Virus record (IMG/VR): IMGVR_UViG_3300033075_000203
Direction: 5' to 3' (one strand)
Length of the DNA stretch: 20,000 bases
Source of the DNA: an uncultured virus (IMG/VR IMGVR_UViG_3300033075_000203)
Taxonomy: Duplodnaviria > Heunggongvirae > Uroviricota > Caudoviricetes
The notes beneath the pieces are model-generated. The model searched no databases and was not told where the DNA came from. It saw only the letters and a list, made by a program, of their open reading frames with translations. Both the position numbers and the translations under genes were made by a program. Below are positions 1-8,262 of this stretch, piece by piece; the first letter of the stretch is position 1; every line of letters begins with the position of its first letter.

Positions 1-2
1 AG

Positions 3-551
3 ACGGGTCCGCAGGGCGCGCAGGGACCGACGGGTGCGGCGATCACCGGCGCGACCGGACCCGCGGGACCAGCTGGACCGACCGGACCCGCCGGATACAC
101 CGACTGGGGACAGATCGATCCGTCCGGCATCGACACGAGCGGCTACCTCGTCGGCGGCGGGCTCGCGTTGCGCGGCGGTATTCTCGGCACGGGATCGTTC
201 ACCGGGCTCAAACTAAGCAACCCGTCCGGTCTACTCACGTACGGCGGGCCGACAGGCTGGGCACTAACGGGCATCTCAGCTACGGACAATTACGGCGAGT
301 TCACCGTTCGCGTTTGCTTCACCGGCTACACGCGCTTGCCACAGATTGTCATGTACTTCAGCCAGCCGAAGGCGTTTTTACCACCGTTCGTGCTGTCGCT
401 CGTCGCGACGGCGAGCCCCGGACTGGAGACGCTTCGATTGGTCGAAACGATCACGCAGACTAGTGTATCGTGGATCCTGTGCGGCGTCCGTGGTGCGAGC
501 GGACCGACGGCGCTCGGGTTCTACCGAATCAAGTACTTCATCGCAGGTTAA
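3..551 (+). CDS. Collagen-like (Gly-X-Y repeat) protein, 5'-truncated; probable virion fibre or decoration protein with a C-terminal globular domain
   Basis: Frame from nt 3 is open and in frame with ORF 168..551. It reads TGPQGAQGPTGAAITGATGPAGPAGPTGPAGYTDWGQ..., then about 150 non-repetitive residues to TAA at 549-551. Confidence 0.8.
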   Translation, partial: TGPQGAQGPTGAAITGATGPAGPAGPTGPAGYTDWGQIDPSGIDTSGYLVGGGLALRGGILGTGSFTGLKLSNPSGLLTYGGPTGWALTGISATDNYGEFTVRVCFTGYTRLPQIVMYFSQPKAFLPPFVLSLVATASPGLETLRLVETITQTSVSWILCGVRGASGPTALGFYRIKYFIAG

Positions 552-563
552 AGAGGAGGCGCT

Positions 564-1034
564 ATGCAGACCAGGACCAATCAGCAGTACGTCGACGCCG
601 TCGACGCGGGCATTTTTCCGACGGACACGCCGCGCGTTCCGATCGAGGACTCGTTCGTCGACGCGCGCGGCTCGATCCGCAACCTACTCCTCTGCGAGCG
701 AGGCTTCTCGAGCGTCGCCGAGATCAAGAGCAAGCGCGGCACCGTTCGCGCGAACCACTATCACAAGACCGACTGGCACTACACCTACGTCGCCTCGGGG
801 ATGGTGCTCTACTTCGAGCGCGCCGTCGGTGACAAGAAGCTGCCCGAGTATCAGATCTTCGGCGCTGGCGAGATGTTCTTCACGCCGCCGATGCGCGAGC
901 ACGCGATGGTGTTCGCGAAGGACTCGACGATCCTGACGTTCGCGAAGAACGTCCGCAACCACGAGCAGCACGAGGCGGATCTCGTCCGCGTCGTCGTCGT
1001 CGATCAAGCCACCGTCAACCAGATCGTGCCGTGA
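564..1034 (+). CDS. Cupin-fold protein, NDP-sugar epimerase/isomerase-like (RmlC/FdtA-like)
   Basis: Strong RBS GAGGAGG at about 553-559. Motifs FVDARGSI, RANHYHK...HY.YV.SG and FTPPMREHAM. First gene of the sugar operon. Confidence 0.75.
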   Translation: MQTRTNQQYVDAVDAGIFPTDTPRVPIEDSFVDARGSIRNLLLCERGFSSVAEIKSKRGTVRANHYHKTDWHYTYVASGMVLYFERAVGDKKLPEYQIFGAGEMFFTPPMREHAMVFAKDSTILTFAKNVRNHEQHEADLVRVVVVDQATVNQIVP

Positions 1035-2293
1035 CGCTCGCCGCGCTACGGAAGGAGATCCCGCGCATGGGCACGTCCTATGTCGTTCGTCCCGATTGTC
1101 GGTTATGCTCGAGCGAGATGCTCCGCGGCGTGCTCGCGCTCGAGCCTACGCCGCTGGCCAACGAGTTCCTAAAGCCGGGTGATTCGTGCGAGGAACTCTT
1201 CCCGCTTCACCTCGTCGAGTGTCTCGCGTGCGGGCACGTCCAACTGCCCGTCGTCGTCGACCCGGAGCGGCTCTTTCGCAACTACGTCTATGTGTCCGGC
1301 ACAAGCCCAGCCTTTGTCGAGCATTTCCGGCGGTACGCGAACGATCTTTGCCAAGCGCACAATCTGGCCGAAGGCTCGCTCGTTGTCGAGATCGGATCGA
1401 ACGACGGCACGCTGCTCAAGTTCTTCAAGCAGCGTGGCATACGCGTGCTCGGCATCGATCCCGCCGCCGAGATCGCCGCGAAGGCGACCGCCGAAGGCGT
1501 GCCGACGATCCCGCACTTCTTTCGCGAGTCGCTCGCGGAAGAGATCGTCCGTGATCACGGTCGCGCCGCACTCGTCGTCGCGAACAACGTGTTCGCGCAC
1601 GCCGACGATCTCTCAGCGATCGTCCGCGGCGTCAAGACGCTGCTCGCGCCGGGCGCTCCGTTCGTATTCGAGGTGCAGTACCTCGGTGACATGCTCGCCG
1701 GAGGGTTGTTCGACACGATATATCATGAGCACGTAAGTGTCCACGGAGTACGCCCCCTAGTTCCGTTCTTCCACCGTCTCGGAATGACACTGTTCGACGT
1801 AAAACATGTCTCGACGCACGGTGGCTCGATTCGTTGTCGAGCTTTTGCCGGCGAACATCAGCCGCTCGCGAACGTCGATCAATTCGTTCGTGATGAGGGC
1901 GACGTGTTCGAGCGTTTCCAAACGATGCAGACCAAGATCACCGAGCGCGGCGATCATCTGCGTAAGCGACTGGGCGATCTGCGCGCCGATCGAAAGGTCA
2001 CGATCGCCGGCTACGGAGCTCCTGCGAAGGCGACGACGCTCATGCGGCAGTTCGGCCTAGCCGGACTCGTCGACTTCGTCGTCGATGATTCGCCGTGGAA
2101 GCAGGGCCTCTGCATGCCGGGATCGTCGATCCCCGTCTACGACGGATCGATGGCGCTGAACTGCGACGTGCTCGTCCTCTTCGCGTGGAACTTCGCCGAG
2201 CCGATCCTCGCGAAGCTCCGCAGCGCCGGCTTCTTCGACGGTCAGCGCGTCGCTATTGTCCCTCTTCCCGAGTACCAGGAGATCCGATCATGA
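1031..2293 (+). CDS. SAM-dependent NDP-sugar C3-methyltransferase (TcaB9/NovU-like)
   Basis: N-terminal Zn site CRLC...PLAN...CLAC.HVQL; SAM motif EIGSNDG; NVFAH; FDTIYHEH; HGGS; GYGAPAKATT; AWNF. GTGA overlap with the cupin gene. Confidence 0.9.
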   Translation: MTLAALRKEIPRMGTSYVVRPDCRLCSSEMLRGVLALEPTPLANEFLKPGDSCEELFPLHLVECLACGHVQLPVVVDPERLFRNYVYVSGTSPAFVEHFRRYANDLCQAHNLAEGSLVVEIGSNDGTLLKFFKQRGIRVLGIDPAAEIAAKATAEGVPTIPHFFRESLAEEIVRDHGRAALVVANNVFAHADDLSAIVRGVKTLLAPGAPFVFEVQYLGDMLAGGLFDTIYHEHVSVHGVRPLVPFFHRLGMTLFDVKHVSTHGGSIRCRAFAGEHQPLANVDQFVRDEGDVFERFQTMQTKITERGDHLRKRLGDLRADRKVTIAGYGAPAKATTLMRQFGLAGLVDFVVDDSPWKQGLCMPGSSIPVYDGSMALNCDVLVLFAWNFAEPILAKLRSAGFFDGQRVAIVPLPEYQEIRS

Positions 2294-3345
2294 CGACCTT
2301 CGTCCAGTCCCGCGACGTGCAGCAGATCCTCGACAACCTCGGCCTCCACCTCATCGAGCGTTTCGCCGGGCGGCGCGTGCTTGTTTCGGGCGGCCTCGGC
2401 TTCCTCGGGCGGTACTTCGCCGCCGTGTTCCAGGCGATGAACGACGGGCCGCTCCAGGGTCGCGAGGTCGAGGTTCGACTCGTCGACAACTGCATCGCCT
2501 CGGGCGCCGCGGCAGCGCCGAAGCCGACGCGCTGGATCACGTCGCTCAAGGCCGACGTTGCCGAGCTCCGCGAACCCTACGGCGGCCTCGACTACGTGCT
2601 GCACTGTGCGGGCATCGCGAGCCCGTTCTACTATCGGCGCTTCCCGCTCGAGACGGTCGACGCGGCGCTGTCGGTCCGTAGCGTGCTCGAGGTCGCCCGG
2701 CGTAACGCCGGGTGCAGCGTCGCGTTCTTCTCGTCGTCGGAGATCTACGGCGACCCGGATCCGAAGCACGTACCGACGCCCGAGAGCTACCGCGGTAACG
2801 TCTCGTGCCTCGGGCCGCGATCGGTCTACGACGAGAGCAAGCGCATGGGCGAGACGCTCGTCCGCGCGTACCAGCAGCAGTACGGCGTACACGGAACGAT
2901 CATCCGTCCGTTCAACGTCTACGGTCCTGGGATGCAGCACACCGACTATCGCGTCTTGCCGAACTTCGCGGCGCACATCCTCAAGGACGAGCCCGTCCGC
3001 GCGTACGGAGATGGACGCCAGACGCGAACCTACTGCTACGTGAGCGACGCGATCGGCGGCTTCCTGCGCGTGCTGCTCGACGGCATCGCTGGCGAGCCGT
3101 ACAACATCGGCAACCCGACGCCTGAGATCTCGGTGCTCGATCTCGCTCGCACCATCGGTCGCGTGCTCGAGCGCGACATCAAGATCGACGTCGTCGAGCA
3201 TCCCGACAGCTATCCGGCCGACGAGCCGCAACGTCGGTGCCCCGACATCACGAAGGCCCGCACGCTAGGCTACGAGCCTAAGGTCGGACTTGAAGAGGGG
3301 CTCGCGCGCTTCTTCGCTTGGGCGAAGGAGGCGTACCCCAAATGA
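2290..3345 (+). CDS. NAD-dependent epimerase/dehydratase (extended SDR), UDP-glucuronate decarboxylase (UXS)-like
   Basis: GGLGFLG, SSSEIYGDP, YDESKR (YxxxK), RPFNVYGP, GDGRQTRTYCYVSD, RRCPDI. Start placed at the ATGA overlap at 2290. Confidence 0.88.
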   Translation: MTTFVQSRDVQQILDNLGLHLIERFAGRRVLVSGGLGFLGRYFAAVFQAMNDGPLQGREVEVRLVDNCIASGAAAAPKPTRWITSLKADVAELREPYGGLDYVLHCAGIASPFYYRRFPLETVDAALSVRSVLEVARRNAGCSVAFFSSSEIYGDPDPKHVPTPESYRGNVSCLGPRSVYDESKRMGETLVRAYQQQYGVHGTIIRPFNVYGPGMQHTDYRVLPNFAAHILKDEPVRAYGDGRQTRTYCYVSDAIGGFLRVLLDGIAGEPYNIGNPTPEISVLDLARTIGRVLERDIKIDVVEHPDSYPADEPQRRCPDITKARTLGYEPKVGLEEGLARFFAWAKEAYPK

Positions 3346-3785
3346 TCGTCGGATTCACTGCCGGGGCGTTCGATCTCTGTCACTACGGGCACGTGCTCAT
3401 GTTCGAGGAGTGCTCGCAGCTCTGCGAGCGCCTCGTCGTGTTCGTCCAGACGGATCCGAGTATCGATCGCCCAGAGAAGAACCGCCCGATCCAGTCGCTC
3501 GAGGAGCGCATCGGTCAAGTGCGTGCTCTGCGATCCGTCAACGAGGTGCGTACGTACTCGACCGAAGCGTCGTTGCTCGATCGCATCGAGAAGCTCCAGA
3601 AAGAGTGCGAGCTCGCCGGGCACGATCTCGTACGCTTCCTCGGGGCCGACTGGGAGGGTAAGCCGTTCACGGGGCACGATCTGCCCGTTCGCGTGCGCTT
3701 CACCAGCCGGAACCACGCCTACTCGTCGAGCGAACTGCGCTCGCGTATCTACGCCGCCGAGGCGCAGCGGGTTCGGAACCTGTGA
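3342..3785 (+). CDS. Cytidylyltransferase-like protein (glycerol-3-phosphate cytidylyltransferase TagD family)
   Basis: GAFDLCHYGH (HxGH), G.DW.GK.FTG, YSSSELR. ATGA overlap at 3342. Confidence 0.85.
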   Translation: MIVGFTAGAFDLCHYGHVLMFEECSQLCERLVVFVQTDPSIDRPEKNRPIQSLEERIGQVRALRSVNEVRTYSTEASLLDRIEKLQKECELAGHDLVRFLGADWEGKPFTGHDLPVRVRFTSRNHAYSSSELRSRIYAAEAQRVRNL

Positions 3786-4600
3786 TCCGGCTCGGGCTAA
3801 TCGGTACCGGGCGTTGGGGCCGGCACTACGTCGAGGCCGCGAAGCTGGCCGGCAACTGTGAGGTTGTCGCTGAAGCGTCGCTCAGTCACACACGAGGCGG
3901 GCCAGACGTTGACGCCGTCATCGTCGCTACACCGCCGAACGCGCTGGTGGATCGCGCCGTTGCCGTATTGCGCGCTGGTCTGCCGGTCATGGTCGAGAAG
4001 CCGGTCGGTCTGTCCGCTCTAGAGGCGAAAAACCTCGAAATTCACGGCGGCCTCTGCCTCGTCAACCACCAGCACCTCTTCGCCCCCGCGTACGAGGAGT
4101 TGTACCGTCGCGCGAAAGATATCCCTTACCTTCAGATCTCGACCCGAGGCGGTGACTCGAAGCCCGCGCACGACTGGTCGTGGCTCTGGGACTGGGCGCC
4201 GCACGACATCGCGATGGTGCTCGATCTCGGCGGATTCAATCCGCAACTCGCGTCGGTCTGGCGCGACGATGCGTCGACGCTCGCGCGCTGGCGTACGGCT
4301 CGCGGTAGCGCGTTCGCGCACGTCGGCGTGAACTTCGACCGCAAGCACCGTTACCTCAAGGTCAACGATCACGGCTTCTCGATGGTCTACGACGATCGCG
4401 CCGAGCATAAACTCGTCATCGACGGCGTCCCCGTCGAGGTGTCGCCCGAGCTGCCGCTGACTCGCTCGCTTCGAGCGTTCGCATCGGCGGTCGCGGAAGG
4501 TGGAACGTACGACCGTCGATTCGGTGCGCGTTGGGGCGTCGCCGTCGCTGAGCAGATCGAAGCCATCGAGTCGTTTGGATCCCTTCGCGCGGTCGTGTAA
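3782..4600 (+). CDS. Gfo/Idh/MocA family oxidoreductase
   Basis: LGLIGTGRWG Rossmann motif, DAVIVATP, VMVEKP, WDWAPHDI. GTGA overlap. Confidence 0.85.
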   Translation: MIRLGLIGTGRWGRHYVEAAKLAGNCEVVAEASLSHTRGGPDVDAVIVATPPNALVDRAVAVLRAGLPVMVEKPVGLSALEAKNLEIHGGLCLVNHQHLFAPAYEELYRRAKDIPYLQISTRGGDSKPAHDWSWLWDWAPHDIAMVLDLGGFNPQLASVWRDDASTLARWRTARGSAFAHVGVNFDRKHRYLKVNDHGFSMVYDDRAEHKLVIDGVPVEVSPELPLTRSLRAFASAVAEGGTYDRRFGARWGVAVAEQIEAIESFGSLRAVV

Positions 4601-4741
4601 CCTACCTAGACATGGTGGTCGCATCAATCGCTCGGGATTGTGCCGCTTGCACGCCCGACCAACCGTGTTTCGACTGCTCGCTGCTCTCCGTCGAAGCTGC
4701 CGAATTAGCGGTCACGAGGCAGATCGCTACAATGGACAGGG

Positions 4742-5236
4742 ATGAGCCCCGAAGATCAAAAATTCTTGAGCGAGCTCTCGGGAAAGATCGATCGCTTGCT
4801 CGAGCGCCTACTGACGTCGACGAACCAGAACCTCGAGCTCGTCGGCCGCTTGCACTCCTACACGCGCCAGTCTGAGCGCGTACTCGAGGCTCTCTACGAC
4901 ATCAAGCAGAAGCTCACCGAGATCTGGGAGCAGCGCGAGTTCATTCGCGCGGGCTTCAACTCTCTCGACACGAAGCTCGCCGTCATCTCGAAGGACGTCG
5001 ACGACGTCGAGCGTGCAACGCGCGAGGTGCGCGAAGCGACCGGGCGCCACGCGCTCGTCGAGAACGATCCGTGGTACTCGCGCGTGCTGCTCAAGCTCGT
5101 CGACGCGCCCGCGCGAACGCAGGCTTTTTTCGTCGTCCTGCTCGGTCTGACGATCCTCGTCGCCGTTACGGGCGCGGCTGCGAAGATCGTCGAGCTCTTT
5201 CCTTCCTCGAACGGAGCCACGCATCATGCGCCGTGA
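4742..5236 (+). CDS. Coiled-coil protein with a C-terminal transmembrane helix (lysis-cassette membrane protein)
   Basis: Heptad-like helical N-terminus; hydrophobic FFVVLLGLTILVAVTGAAA near the C-terminus; overlaps the endolysin start. Confidence 0.65.
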   Translation: MSPEDQKFLSELSGKIDRLLERLLTSTNQNLELVGRLHSYTRQSERVLEALYDIKQKLTEIWEQREFIRAGFNSLDTKLAVISKDVDDVERATREVREATGRHALVENDPWYSRVLLKLVDAPARTQAFFVVLLGLTILVAVTGAAAKIVELFPSSNGATHHAP

Positions 5237-5696
5237 GATCCCGCACGGGTACTCGGAGATCGTCGAGTTCTTCGGCGATCCGCACTTCGCCTCGGGCTCG
5301 GTCGACTCCCGCTGGGAGCAGGCGAGCATGATCCTCGTTCGCGATCTGCCGGGCGTGCCGAAGCTCTACTGCCATCGTCTCATCGTCGAGCCTCTGCGTG
5401 AAGCTCTCGTCGAGTCGCAGAAGCTCGGCTATCGACCGACGACGATCGGCTGCTTCGCTCCGCGTGCGAAGCGCGGCTCGTCGCAGCTCTCGCTGCACAC
5501 GTTCGGCGCGGCCGTCGATCTCGACGCGGCGACGAACCCGCTCGCGCTGAACTGCCCGGCTGGCGATCCGCGTCGCGACAATTTCACGATCCCTCGCGAG
5601 GTGATCGCCGCTTGGAAAAAGATCGGCTGGTTCTGGGGCGGCGACTTCATGACGCGCTTCGATCCGATGCACTTCCAGTGGGCGACGGGGTACTAG
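5226..5696 (+). CDS. Endolysin, peptidase M15 family (Zn D-Ala-D-Ala / L-Ala-D-Glu peptidase fold)
   Basis: GCFAPR, SLHTFGAAVD (SxHxxGxAxD), WFWGGDF, DPMHFQ. Confidence 0.88.
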   Translation: MRREIPHGYSEIVEFFGDPHFASGSVDSRWEQASMILVRDLPGVPKLYCHRLIVEPLREALVESQKLGYRPTTIGCFAPRAKRGSSQLSLHTFGAAVDLDAATNPLALNCPAGDPRRDNFTIPREVIAAWKKIGWFWGGDFMTRFDPMHFQWATGY

Positions 5697-5897
5697 ATGG
5701 CGCTCCTCGATTGGTCAGCCGCGGCCCTGCTCGACTCCGAGATCGTGCAAGCGACGCCTCAAGATCTGCGCGATATGATCCGAGCCCTCGTCGGTCCGCT
5801 GCGGCGCACTTTCTGTGCGCTGCCGCATATCGACGACGACGCGGGACTCGCCGAAAGCGCGCACGGGCTCGCGTTTCTGTCGCTGCGCGATTCGTGA
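5697..5897 (+). CDS. Hypothetical protein (66 aa)
   Basis: ATG directly abuts the endolysin TAG; fills the gap in the lysis cassette. Confidence 0.45.
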   Translation: MALLDWSAAALLDSEIVQATPQDLRDMIRALVGPLRRTFCALPHIDDDAGLAESAHGLAFLSLRDS

Positions 5898-5910
5898 TAG
5901 CCTCGACCGT

Positions 5911-6180
5911 ATGATCGATCGAATCGTTCTCTGGCTCTCCGATCCGGCGCATCTGAAGGCACTAGCCTGGGCTCTGCTGATCATCGCCCCGGGCGTGCTC
6001 GTCTCGTTCGCCAACGCGTTCGCCCGCCACTACAGCGAGCACAAAGGCGTCGTGCGCTTCGTTCTCTTCGTCGCCGACTTCCTCTCGATCTTGACGCCGC
6101 GGAACGCTCCGGGCACGCTCAAGCTCCCCTTCGCCAAGAGCGAACCACCCGAGTCCGACGACAAGGAGCCCCGCGCGTGA
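5911..6180 (+). CDS. Putative holin (small two-TM membrane protein)
   Basis: Start placed at ATG 5911 (MIDRIVLW). Two hydrophobic segments and a charged C-terminal tail (SEPPESDDKEPRA). Lies next to the endolysin. Confidence 0.6.
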   Translation: MIDRIVLWLSDPAHLKALAWALLIIAPGVLVSFANAFARHYSEHKGVVRFVLFVADFLSILTPRNAPGTLKLPFAKSEPPESDDKEPRA

Positions 6181-6617
6181 AAACCCTTCTGTATCTGCTC
6201 TCGTTGATCGGCCTCGTCGTCGCCCTGACCGGCTGCGCGACGTTCGTCGACTACGCCAACAAGACCCGCGGCAGCGTCGCCGTAGGAGCTGCGACCGCGG
6301 TCGAGATCTGGCAGGAGTTCGATCTCGCCAAGCAGCAGAAGATCCTCGCTGACAGCCCGACGAGAGAGACATACGAGAAGCAGATCGCCGCGTATCGCGA
6401 CGGAGAGCAAGCGCGCTTCACCAAGGCGTTCAAGGCGATCCGACACGCGCTCGCCCACCTGACCGCCGCGCTACGAGCCTACGAGGCCGGTAGCGGCAAG
6501 AAGCCCGACGTCGAGACGGCGCTGCGCGAGGTCTACACCTGCGCGGCCGAGCTCATCGCAGCGATGCAGGCGGCCGGGGTCAAGATCGACTACACCAAGA
6601 TCTTCGGAGGTGGCTGA
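6177..6617 (+). CDS. Lipoprotein (possible spanin-like lysis accessory)
   Basis: MK plus a hydrophobic stretch plus lipobox LTG-C; RBS AAGGAG upstream; mature part looks helical. Confidence 0.75.
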   Translation: MKTLLYLLSLIGLVVALTGCATFVDYANKTRGSVAVGAATAVEIWQEFDLAKQQKILADSPTRETYEKQIAAYRDGEQARFTKAFKAIRHALAHLTAALRAYEAGSGKKPDVETALREVYTCAAELIAAMQAAGVKIDYTKIFGGG

Positions 6618-6829
6618 TGGGCCTCATCGACTCCGTCATCGAGATCGGCGCCAAAGGCGTCGGTCAGATCATCGACTACTTCCTCGCGTCGGCCGAGCGC
6701 CGCGCCGAGATCCGAGCCAAGGCCGACGCCGACGAGCTTCGGCTCTACGATCTCGTCGACAACAAGCTGCTCGAGAACAACGCGACGATCGACAAGCTCG
6801 CCGACGAGAAGTTCGGCCCGAAGCCCTAG
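6617..6829 (+). CDS. Hypothetical protein (70 aa) with an amphipathic N-terminus
   Basis: GGAGG RBS and TGATG overlap with the lipoprotein gene; last gene of the plus-strand block. Confidence 0.65.
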   Translation: MGLIDSVIEIGAKGVGQIIDYFLASAERRAEIRAKADADELRLYDLVDNKLLENNATIDKLADEKFGPKP

Positions 6830-7182
6830 TCGTCCTCGATGTCGCCGAGCGCGCCGAGCTTGCGCATGCGGCGGATCGCGAACACCTCGATCTGGCGGAT
6901 CCTCTCCCGCGTTAGGTTCAAGATCGCCCCGACCTCCTCGAGCGTCAGGCCGTCGGCCTGCGCGACGTCGAGAGAGCACGAGTGCTCGAGCTCCCACGGC
7001 GGCCGATCGGGGTAGTTGATCTTGATGTTCCCCGTCGTCGGGTTCACGTCGAGGTAGAGATGGTGCCGGCACGAGACGTACGGGCACGGCCTCTCGCCCA
7101 TGATGCATTCCCAGCGGTAGCGCGGAGCCGGAGCATATTCGCTCACGTCCTCGACGACGATCGGCAGGCGCTTCTGCGGCAC
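6826..7182 (-). CDS. Stand-alone sigma-70 region 4 HTH protein with a Cys/His-rich N-terminal domain
   Basis: [21 protein letters not shown] matches RpoD region 4.2; preceded by C...[16 protein letters not shown]...SCSLDVA. Confidence 0.85.
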   Translation of the reverse strand: MPQKRLPIVVEDVSEYAPAPRYRWECIMGERPCPYVSCRHHLYLDVNPTTGNIKINYPDRPPWELEHSCSLDVAQADGLTLEEVGAILNLTRERIRQIEVFAIRRMRKLGALGDIEDD

Positions 7183-7189
7183 GGATTGA

Positions 7190-7219
7190 AGCGTATCAGC
7201 GGCGGCTAGTTGTTGTCGA
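7190..7219 (-). promoter_or_regulatory. Putative sigma-70 promoter for the region 4 gene (leaderless type)
   Basis: Minus strand TCGACA-18 bp-TACGCT with an extended TG; GTG start 7 nt downstream; no SD. Confidence 0.45.
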
Positions 7220-7652
7220 GCGGCTGATCGGGCAGCGCCGTTTCGGCGGCGATCTGAAGTACGTGCGCGACGACGTCGTTCAGGTCGTCGCCCGCGGCGC
7301 CGAACTGCTCTCCGTTACGCTTCGTGATCGTCGCCCAGACGGATCCGTCGCGACGTCCGGCGCCGAGAACCCAACCCGACGAGAGCAGCAGCGATCGCAG
7401 ATCGCCGACCGTTACGAGCCCGGGCATCGTCGGGATCGGTGGAAGGTGCTCGACGAGGCAGGCGACGATCTGATCGCAGTCGGGGCAGTAGCGGAGCTCC
7501 ATCGCGACGTAGACGCGCTCGCTTTGTTTACGGCCCTGCTTGTCGACGTAGTCGACCCAGTCACCCGGGTTCGCTCGTTGATGCAGTACCCACGTGTGCC
7601 AGAGTGACGACGTTTTCGCTCGGGCATGATCTTCGACGGTGCAAGGCTTCAT
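7206..7652 (-). CDS. Hypothetical protein
   Basis: GGAGG RBS, ATGA overlap with the HTH gene; contains CPDC. Confidence 0.65.
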   Translation of the reverse strand: MKPCTVEDHARAKTSSLWHTWVLHQRANPGDWVDYVDKQGRKQSERVYVAMELRYCPDCDQIVACLVEHLPPIPTMPGLVTVGDLRSLLLSSGWVLGAGRRDGSVWATITKRNGEQFGAAGDDLNDVVAHVLQIAAETALPDQPLDNN

Positions 7653-7900
7653 GGTCTACCCTCCCAGGCTGTTGTCGGCACGGAGCCTCCGTGCTGCTTG
7701 GCGTAGTCGCGGATCGCGCAGATGAGGCGAAAGCTCGGCCCGCTCGCGTGTGATCCCGTCGAGAGCTGATTGACGTACGCGCGCGAGACGCCGAGGGCTC
7801 GAGCGGCCTCGTCGTAGCTGATGCGGTGCTTCGCGAGGAAGCGCCCGAACACGGTGCGCGTTACGCGCGTCCTCGGTCGTCCACCCTTTTTCGTTGTCAT
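7649..7900 (-). CDS. Cro/XRE-like helix-turn-helix protein
   Basis: ISYDEAARALGVSRAYVNQLSTG...PS HTH signature. Start either ATG 7900 or GTG 7909. Confidence 0.8.
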   Translation of the reverse strand: MTTKKGGRPRTRVTRTVFGRFLAKHRISYDEAARALGVSRAYVNQLSTGSHASGPSFRLICAIRDYAKQHGGSVPTTAWEGRP

Positions 7901-7905
7901 ACCTT

Positions 7906-8262
7906 TCACTGTGATCCTCCGCGGCGTGATTCGTCAACTTTTCTTTTCAACACATGGCCACAGTGAGAGCACTTCGGCCACTCGTGCGACTCGGGTAGCT
8001 CGGTCCATCGGATCGGTTGGCTCTTGCCGCACAGTGACAAGAGCTTCGCTCCCCGCCAGTCGTAGACGTGCGCGATCGGCGTGTCCTCGGCCGAGTTCAC
8101 GCCGCCCCAACAATGGCCCGCAGGCAAGCGTTTCCGCGCCGGCGGGACGTCCCAGCCCTTCCACCGAGCGTGTGCGGCGCGCTTTCGTTCGGCGTCGTGC
8201 TCGAGGCAGTACGCCGACGAGCCGCGCGGCGCGACGCAGCCGGGACGAGCGCACTTTTTCAT
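7906..8262 (-). CDS. Hypothetical Cys/His-rich (zinc-finger-like) protein
   Basis: CARPGC...YCLEH and H...SLCG...CSHC; ATGA overlap with the resolvase gene. Confidence 0.6.
   Translation of the reverse strand: MKKCARPGCVAPRGSSAYCLEHDAERKRAAHARWKGWDVPPARKRLPAGHCWGGVNSAEDTPIAHVYDWRGAKLLSLCGKSQPIRWTELPESHEWPKCSHCGHVLKRKVDESRRGGSQ
7908..7950 (-). promoter_or_regulatory. Putative sigma-70 promoter with an A-tract UP element, upstream of the HTH gene
   Basis: Minus strand AAAAGAAAAG-TTGACG-18 bp-CACAGT, then ATG 7 nt downstream; locally AT-rich. Confidence 0.45.

Noticed and set aside
564..4600. DNA hypermodification role for the sugar operon
   Set aside because: Not excluded, but disfavoured. 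No hydroxymethylase, kinase or DNA glycosyltransferase is in the window, and the operon lies in the late block opposite the replication genes.
6826..6829. Bidirectional terminator between the convergent blocks
   Set aside because: The two stop codons overlap in CTAG with no intergenic space, and no hairpin plus U-tract was seen.
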